NCBI GenBank assembly: GCA_048940445.1
Contig: JBHLON010000005.1
Span: 59,125 to 123,124 of the forward strand
DNA from: Promethearchaeota archaeon
Lineage (GTDB): Archaea > Asgardarchaeota > Lokiarchaeia > Sigyniarchaeales > SOKP01
Reading direction: 5' to 3'
DNA length: 64,000 nucleotides
In this document: positions 58,000 to 64,000 of the stretch, piece by piece
Position numbering within the stretch: position 1 is the first letter of the stretch
Layout: each line of letters starts with the position of its first letter
Notes under the pieces: generated by a model
The model's database searches: none
Seen by the model: only the letters and a program-made list of their open reading frames with translations
Told to the model about the DNA's origin: nothing
Translations under genes and position numbers: made by a program

Positions 58000-59106
58000 T
58001 TACACATTTAAGAAGTTTTGATAAACAGCTTCTAATTTTTTTCCAACAGAATTCCAAGAGTATCGTGATATAAAATTCTGAGCTTTACTTAATAAATTTA
58101 TTCGTTTTTCATCGTTTTTGAGTAAATCTAATATTTCACGACCTAAGAGTTTAGGATTTTTAGGTGGCACTAAAATAGCATTATCTTGAAGAATTTCTTT
58201 ATAAGCTCCTATTGAGGAAGTTATTACAGGAGTTCCACATGCAATTGCTTCTAAAGGGGTTAATCCGAATCCTTCGGATGAATAAGAGTAAGTTACAAAT
58301 AAATCTCCCATACTATAAAAATAGGGGAGCTCATTTTCTTTAATAAATCCTATAAAGTGAACGTCTCTATAAGTTTGTTTCCACTTTTTGTATGCTTCCT
58401 TCATATAAAAATCTGGAGAACCTCCAATGACCAATTCGAGATCTTTTATTTCTTTTTTTGCATATTTATAGGCCTTGATTATATTTTCAATGTCTTTATA
58501 GAGAGCTATACGACCAATATATAAAATCACAGGACCTTCTAGTCCTAATCGCTTTTTAAGTTCTTCAGCTTTCGTTTTGTCAGGTTTAAATTTGCTGTCA
58601 ATAGCAGAATGTAAGTTTTGGATGCTAGTAGGATCAAGTCTGGGGAAGTAACTTTTTAATTGCCATTTAGTAAATTCTGAACATGTTGTAATAATTTTAG
58701 CCTTTTTAACAATTTCATTAATAATTAGCTTTTCAATTGGGATCATAGAAAAATTAGATTCAATAGGGCCTAAATCATGAATTGTAGAAATGAAATTTTT
58801 TTTAGATAAAAGAAGAGGAAAAGTCCCTTTAGGTCCATTTCCATGTATAATATCAAAATCTCTACTTCTTAAAATCTTAATTACTTGAGTTGTAAATTGA
58901 GGAATCCATAGATAACTCTTTCGAATGATTCTTATTTGGGAGATTTTCGGATCATTTAGGTCATAATTCCATCTTCCAGTTATAACTTCGACCTTATGGC
59001 CTCTATTTTTTAGATATTCATAGATACCGGAGAAAAATTTCGCGCTTCCATCTAGTTTATCTGGAGAAATTGCTAGCGTAATTAATGCAATTTTCATTCT
59101 TTTCAT
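58000..59106 (-). CDS. GT4 family glycosyltransferase
   Basis: TIHDL; YIGRIALYK; EGFGLTPLEAIACGTPVI. Confidence 0.93.
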   Translation of the reverse strand: MKRMKIALITLAISPDKLDGSAKFFSGIYEYLKNRGHKVEVITGRWNYDLNDPKISQIRIIRKSYLWIPQFTTQVIKILRSRDFDIIHGNGPKGTFPLLLSKKNFISTIHDLGPIESNFSMIPIEKLIINEIVKKAKIITTCSEFTKWQLKSYFPRLDPTSIQNLHSAIDSKFKPDKTKAEELKKRLGLEGPVILYIGRIALYKDIENIIKAYKYAKKEIKDLELVIGGSPDFYMKEAYKKWKQTYRDVHFIGFIKENELPYFYSMGDLFVTYSYSSEGFGLTPLEAIACGTPVITSSIGAYKEILQDNAILVPPKNPKLLGREILDLLKNDEKRINLLSKAQNFISRYSWNSVGKKLEAVYQNFLNV

Positions 59107-59147
59107 ATGGAAAATAGCTTCTTTTATTAATTTATAATATTTATTAT

Positions 59148-60128
59148 TTAGGTTAATTGCTCAAAATTATCTTCAGAAACTAATACAGTTTCTTCAACTT
59201 GAGCTACATAAGCACCTTTCTGCTCTGCTAAGACATAATGAGCTTTTAATTTTCCTTGTTGTACTAGTTCTTGAATCCCAAAAATTACACCCATTCTAAA
59301 TTCCTTACCTAGCCATCTTTCAGCAAAGGGTAAAGTTTTATAATTTTTATTAACATAACCCAAAATCTGTTTTGAGAATTTTCTTCTCAACGGAACTCTA
59401 CCAGCATAAGGATTAATTTCATATATATATGAAGCATTAGTAGTATGAACAGAGCCTTTTCCTGTTGAGGCAAATATCTCAATAGCAAAAACATCTCCTT
59501 CCTCAATGATATCACCACCTTGGGAACCTAATTCTGGTAATTGTTTTTTACCGTGAACAATCCATCTCTCAACTTGATGCCCACCGAGTTCTTTTATTGG
59601 ATTATATTTAAATCCCTTCACAATATCTTCAATTTTTTTGCCAATATCTTTTGTGTGAATCTTAGGTTTAACCATCATCTTTGCTGCTTCTAATGCTACT
59701 TCTGTTGATTGAATAAGGTTCTCTTGTAATTGTTGATCATTAAAACTCATAGTAAAAGCAGTATCAACAAGGTATCCATCTATATGAACTCCTAAATCAA
59801 TTTTTATTATATCTCCATCTTTAACCATGAGATTATCTTCTTTTAATGGAGCAGTGTAATGAGCAGCGATATTATTGATTCCGATATTTACAGGAAAGGC
59901 AATTTGCCCTCCCAATTCAATAATTTTGGATTCAGTAGATTCAATTATGTTTAAAATTTTAGTATCTATTTTGATCTTTGGTTTAATAAAGTTTTTAACT
60001 TCTTGAGCTATTTTTCCTGCTTTTCTAAGTGATTCAGTCTTATGTTGCTTTTCTTCAGCTTCTTTTTCCAATTCTTCTTTACTTTTCTTTTCTTCAGTTT
60101 TAGGTTTTACTTTCTGATTTTCATTCAT
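59148..60128 (-). CDS. map: Methionine aminopeptidase type II
   Basis: AFP; AAHYT; KIDLGVHIDG..DTAFT; GGH; AIEIFASTG. Confidence 0.96.
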   Translation of the reverse strand: MNENQKVKPKTEEKKSKEELEKEAEEKQHKTESLRKAGKIAQEVKNFIKPKIKIDTKILNIIESTESKIIELGGQIAFPVNIGINNIAAHYTAPLKEDNLMVKDGDIIKIDLGVHIDGYLVDTAFTMSFNDQQLQENLIQSTEVALEAAKMMVKPKIHTKDIGKKIEDIVKGFKYNPIKELGGHQVERWIVHGKKQLPELGSQGGDIIEEGDVFAIEIFASTGKGSVHTTNASYIYEINPYAGRVPLRRKFSKQILGYVNKNYKTLPFAERWLGKEFRMGVIFGIQELVQQGKLKAHYVLAEQKGAYVAQVEETVLVSEDNFEQLT

Positions 60129-60330
60129 TAAAATTAGTAAATGATGATATTGATAAAAATTTTTTTTAAAAAAGGAACTCTTTCAGATTAAGAAGATAAA
60201 TAAAAATAAATAATGTAAATATAAATAATTAAATAAAGTTAATTTTAATAGATCATATAATGATTTATTGTTTAGGATAAAATTAAGAAGTTTAATTCTA
60301 CCACATTTGATGATATGGAGGAAATAAATC

Positions 60331-60702
60331 TTGTCTGAAAATATCAGTGAACTAACAGATCTCTTGAGAAAATTATCTGCTGTCAATTCGGATATAGAAG
60401 GGTCTGCTATTGTCAGTGTTCAGGGACTTCCGATTTGTTCTGTTTTAAGTAGAGACGTAAATGATGGTATTGTATCAGCGATGTCAGCAGCTATACAGAG
60501 TGTTTCTGAGCGTGCAGTAGAAGAACTAGATAGAGGTGAACTTAAGAGAATATTAATTGAAGGTGTAAGCGGAATTATTATTCTTTCAAGAGCAGGTGAA
60601 AATGCAATATTATGTACTTTGTGTCATGCAAATGCCAGTTTAGGCATGGTTTTCCTCAATATTCAAAGTGTAGCAAATAGAATAGCTGCTTTATTGGATT
60701 AA
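60331..60702 (+). CDS. Roadblock/LC7 (MglB-like) protein
   Basis: IEGSAIVSVQGLPI; SAMSAA; LDRGELKRILIEG; LGMVFL. Confidence 0.92.
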   Translation: MSENISELTDLLRKLSAVNSDIEGSAIVSVQGLPICSVLSRDVNDGIVSAMSAAIQSVSERAVEELDRGELKRILIEGVSGIIILSRAGENAILCTLCHANASLGMVFLNIQSVANRIAALLD

Positions 60703-60819
60703 TTCAGATTTTAGTAATTTTAAGTTGATTACATAAAATTTTTTTCAAAATGGTTATATAAAGTAATAAAAACACCATCAGATTTTTAATTATTAAGAAA
60801 CATAAAGGATAAATTAATA

Positions 60820-62085
60820 TTGATTAAGCAAAATGGTATAAAAGGAATAGAATCTGAAGAAAAATATTATAAATATTTATCCTCATGCTTGCAAAAAAAG
60901 CAGTTTGAAGAAATAGAAAATTTAATGGGGAATTCAATAAATTTAGATTTTTTTCTTGATCCGAGAAAAATACCTAATCGATTCCAAATAATTTCAGACT
61001 TGTTAATTAATTGTATTCAGACTCTTAATTTAGGTGAGATTTTTAATATTTTGAGGTTCGTAAACAAATACAATTTAGTTGATATAGATTTAACAAATGA
61101 AGAATTGGAAATTATAGAAAATATAAAGAAAGATCAACTACTGATTGCTAATCTAACAGATCTATTCGGAAAGATTTCCAATTCATTTCTCAGATATATT
61201 AGAATGGGAATGCCATTGAATTTATTAAACTATTATAAGAATTCACTTAGTGAATATCCGTTTTATTCTGATAATAGTTATGGTATTAATTCAATTTTAG
61301 ACTATTTGAATGAATATAACACTTATGGCTTGAATGTTAAGTTATTGGGTAATATAGAAAAATTTTGCAGATCATTCAAAAAAAATGTAAAAAATGAAGA
61401 AAAGGATTTTATTGAATTTAGATTTGCAGAAAAAAACCACCTTGTTTCCCCTAAAATTCTCTCTAAATTTCTTTCAATAATTTTTCACAACAAAGAGTAC
61501 AAGTTTTATAATCTCTCAATGGTTGTTCTCTACGGAATTGGACCTCAAGGATTTGGATTTACTTTCTCTACTCCAAAAGATGAGGTTGTAGAAATTTGTT
61601 CTGACATAAATCAAAATAAAGCTGTAATCGTAAAATATAAACGGTTTCTCTTAGAGCAATTCATATCTAGACTGAATAAGGAATTATCAACTCTCAATGT
61701 TCCTGATCTAGTTATAAATAAATTAGGAACATATCTATTAAAATTATTAGAACCTAAAAATCTCATAAGTTATTATCAAAAAGATGACATTCTGCATAAA
61801 TTAAAGTCCTTTTTTGATTTCAATCAAGATATAAAGGGTAAAATTCAAAATTTAATTCCTGGAATTTCGAGATCAATCACAAAAATATTGCGACCAATAA
61901 AAATGATTGATCAATTTAAAGTTCGAATGGACTTAATCGCAGAAAATAAGTTAAGATCAGAAGATATAGCTAAACTTACAAGTTTGAAAGAGAAATCTAA
62001 TTATGATGTACTAAGCGAACGTTTTTTTCTTCAATATATTGTCGAATGGTTTCATGAGCTTTATTTAAAAGAACAATCTAAATAG
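60820..62085 (+). CDS. Hypothetical protein, 421 aa
   Basis: Long ORF with a Gly-rich conserved-looking block GIGPQGFGFTFSTPKDEVVEICSD. Confidence 0.75.
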   Translation: MIKQNGIKGIESEEKYYKYLSSCLQKKQFEEIENLMGNSINLDFFLDPRKIPNRFQIISDLLINCIQTLNLGEIFNILRFVNKYNLVDIDLTNEELEIIENIKKDQLLIANLTDLFGKISNSFLRYIRMGMPLNLLNYYKNSLSEYPFYSDNSYGINSILDYLNEYNTYGLNVKLLGNIEKFCRSFKKNVKNEEKDFIEFRFAEKNHLVSPKILSKFLSIIFHNKEYKFYNLSMVVLYGIGPQGFGFTFSTPKDEVVEICSDINQNKAVIVKYKRFLLEQFISRLNKELSTLNVPDLVINKLGTYLLKLLEPKNLISYYQKDDILHKLKSFFDFNQDIKGKIQNLIPGISRSITKILRPIKMIDQFKVRMDLIAENKLRSEDIAKLTSLKEKSNYDVLSERFFLQYIVEWFHELYLKEQSK

Positions 62086-62144
62086 AACTCTAATAATATC
62101 TTAAGAATATGCTAATTGAAATAAAAAAAAGATAATAAATAGGA

Positions 62145-62549
62145 TTATTTATTATTCCTTGAGTTGTTCTCATAGTAAAATTTAACTGTAATTAGCAAAC
62201 CATTACCAATGCCTCCACCGAGTGCCCCAAAAATAGCTCCAAATAAAAATATCAATATTAAAAGCAGCCATCCATATCCTTCACTAATAATTAAAGCCCC
62301 AAATTGATCTAAAAGACTATAAACGTTCCTTGTAATTAATCCATAAATAATATAGATTGACCATGACACTAAAACTCCCAACGTTCCACTAAGAATAGCA
62401 CGTTTCATGGATTTGTTAAATAATCCAGCAATTATACCAGGAATAATTACTAGTTGCCATAAAGGAATCATCGTAAAGATCATAGTAAGAGAGATTGCAA
62501 TAACAAGACTTAAAATGAATCTTCTATCTTCATTTTTCATTCTATACAC
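62145..62549 (-). CDS. Small multi-TM membrane protein coupled to the acylase gene
   Basis: Four hydrophobic helices; GxxxG-rich; overlaps acylase stop. Confidence 0.75.
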   Translation of the reverse strand: MYRMKNEDRRFILSLVIAISLTMIFTMIPLWQLVIIPGIIAGLFNKSMKRAILSGTLGVLVSWSIYIIYGLITRNVYSLLDQFGALIISEGYGWLLLILIFLFGAIFGALGGGIGNGLLITVKFYYENNSRNNK

Positions 62550-64000
62550 CTCCTATTGGATAAAAAAACATTTTTGATTCGATACAGCTCGTTGGAAAGT
62601 TCGAAAATGTGTTGGTATAGTATTGATAATGATATTTACCTTGGAGAAATAATTCCTCTAATTGATCGGCATAGTGCTTTGAGTTGGAAAGACCTCTTTC
62701 TCCTGACGGTATCACTGTTAGTGAATTATTAAGATTACTGAAATCTACTATGAGTCTTTCCGAAGCGCCACCTACTGCATAACCTGTTCCAGTTCTTATA
62801 TTAACAGCAGAAGGATTAACACAATAACCCTCTCCATCCGCTTCATAGGGACCTTTGCTCAAAGGGGCTAACCCGGTTAAGTGTTCAAAAAGTACTTGGT
62901 GCAAATCTCCCCATCTCCATTCAGAAGGGTCATTTGATCCATAAAAGTTTTCCAACCAATCAATTGAAGCATTTAATGCAGTCAGCATAGTTTCATTTCT
63001 TGTTTCTAGAACCGGAGTATATACATCATCAAACCAATGCGATGTTTCATTTTCTTTCATTAGATATTCTAACATGGCTAGTTGAGGGCCAACTGCGGCT
63101 CCATATTTATTGATTTCATCATTGAAAGTATAATCCATAAAATAATCGCGCCATTTTCTATATATTGTGGGAGCAGCAGAATCTTTATCCATTATATACC
63201 TCCAAGGCTTTAACACACTAAGCACATTATTGATTTTTGTTGGAGGTGAAGGTCCATAATAATTTTCGATGACTTCAATTAAATATGGGATAAAAGCACG
63301 TGCAGGGGTTGAATTAACATCAAATTGAAGTTGTTTCATAAACTCTATATCTATTGTACCATCAGGAGCTCTACTTAAGACTTCATTGATTCTTCTCGCT
63401 CTATAACCATTAACATATTCATTCTGTAGAAAGTATCTAGTATAATTAGGTCCCGCTACGATTTGATTTGATGAAACTAAGTACATCTGATCAGGGTTAG
63501 TGCAATTTGGAAGCCAACCAAATGGAACATAACCTATCCATTCTCCTTCACCATTAGAACCATTATATGGAAAAGTTCCTGTTCCAGAAGCTCTTATCGG
63601 GACCTTTCCTGTAGGACGAATAGCGATATTTCCATAAATGTCAGCATATACTATATTTTGCGCCAAGGTTGTCCAATATTTAGATGCGTCATCAAATTCT
63701 TCCCTATTAGTAGCTCGATCAAATCCATTTCCAGCCTGCAAATTATAATAAATGCCATTAGCAATCCATTTAGGTGCCAAGACGATATTTCCTAAAGACG
63801 AAGGTAAGCCAAAATCACGTAAATCGCTCAAGACAGGGCCATGAATAGTATGTCTAACAGTTAATTTTACAGGATCACTATTTTTAACGTTTATATTATA
63901 TGTCATATACGTATAAGGAGTCACTGTATTATTATAGAGATAATGTGTATCATCAATAGCATTATAATAATACCAATCTATAACATCATAACCAGTATTC
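62542..64000 (-). CDS. Penicillin acylase family (Ntn hydrolase, S45), 5'-truncated by window edge
   Basis: HGPV; QNIVYAD..GNI; SSNQ; YRARRI; WRWGDLH; SGERG...HYADQ; frame stays open to 64000 (NTGYDVIDWY). Confidence 0.92.
   Translation of the reverse strand, partial: NTGYDVIDWYYYNAIDDTHYLYNNTVTPYTYMTYNINVKNSDPVKLTVRHTIHGPVLSDLRDFGLPSSLGNIVLAPKWIANGIYYNLQAGNGFDRATNREEFDDASKYWTTLAQNIVYADIYGNIAIRPTGKVPIRASGTGTFPYNGSNGEGEWIGYVPFGWLPNCTNPDQMYLVSSNQIVAGPNYTRYFLQNEYVNGYRARRINEVLSRAPDGTIDIEFMKQLQFDVNSTPARAFIPYLIEVIENYYGPSPPTKINNVLSVLKPWRYIMDKDSAAPTIYRKWRDYFMDYTFNDEINKYGAAVGPQLAMLEYLMKENETSHWFDDVYTPVLETRNETMLTALNASIDWLENFYGSNDPSEWRWGDLHQVLFEHLTGLAPLSKGPYEADGEGYCVNPSAVNIRTGTGYAVGGASERLIVDFSNLNNSLTVIPSGERGLSNSKHYADQLEELFLQGKYHYQYYTNTFSNFPTSCIESKMFFYPIGGV

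Noticed and set aside
1813-60386. Short antisense or overlapping ORFs in the track (e.g. 1813, 2344, 5045, 5082, 5461, 6098, 6688, 9780, 11840, 16281, 16671, 18345, 20749, 22289, 23881, 32117, 36510, 38528, 43733, 46655, 48101, 52139, 52721, 55146, 56676, 60183)
   Set aside because: They overlap well-supported genes or tRNAs and have no recognisable motifs; treated as shadow ORFs.
1-64000. CRISPR arrays, rRNA, transposases or integrases
   Set aside because: No regularly spaced direct repeats, no long GC-rich RNA gene and no transposase or integrase motifs were seen. The RNase H-like ORF at 37543 lacks terminal repeats and a DNA-binding domain.

Overview
AT-rich (about 28-30% GC by eye), gene-dense chromosomal window from an archaeon, most likely an Asgard archaeon (Lokiarchaeia-like). 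The assignment rests on archaeal ribosomal proteins occurring with roadblock proteins, ribophorin I, an OSTC/DC2-like OST subunit, Sec61beta, a long Trm112 and an archaeal/eukaryotic-type selenocysteine machinery. Left end (0.2-8.9 kb): a tRNA-Ile(UAU) with three introns, SepSecS directly downstream of a two-intron 9/4 tRNA-Sec, and EFSec/SelB. Next come a putative cobalamin-capture pair (repeat + DUF4430 surface protein, ECF S component) and a 19-gene uS19-to-uL15 ribosomal operon that lacks its usual L3-L2 head and secY tail. A mixed region follows: ribokinase, DPM2-like protein, beta-propeller, tandem SH3, PHD/RING-finger protein, PepD, GcvH, two Rad51/RadA paralogues, TFEbeta/C34-like protein, RlmE, Trm1, class I FBPase and two HGSNAT-like acetyltransferases. 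Then an opp peptide ABC operon and a translocon/glycosylation locus (UbiA-type prenyl-P ribosyltransferase, tRNA-Gln, Trm112, ribophorin I, Sec61beta, GlcNAc-1-P transferase, GT4). No CRISPR array, rRNA, transposase or selenoprotein gene was seen. Family calls come from motif recognition by eye, not database searches.
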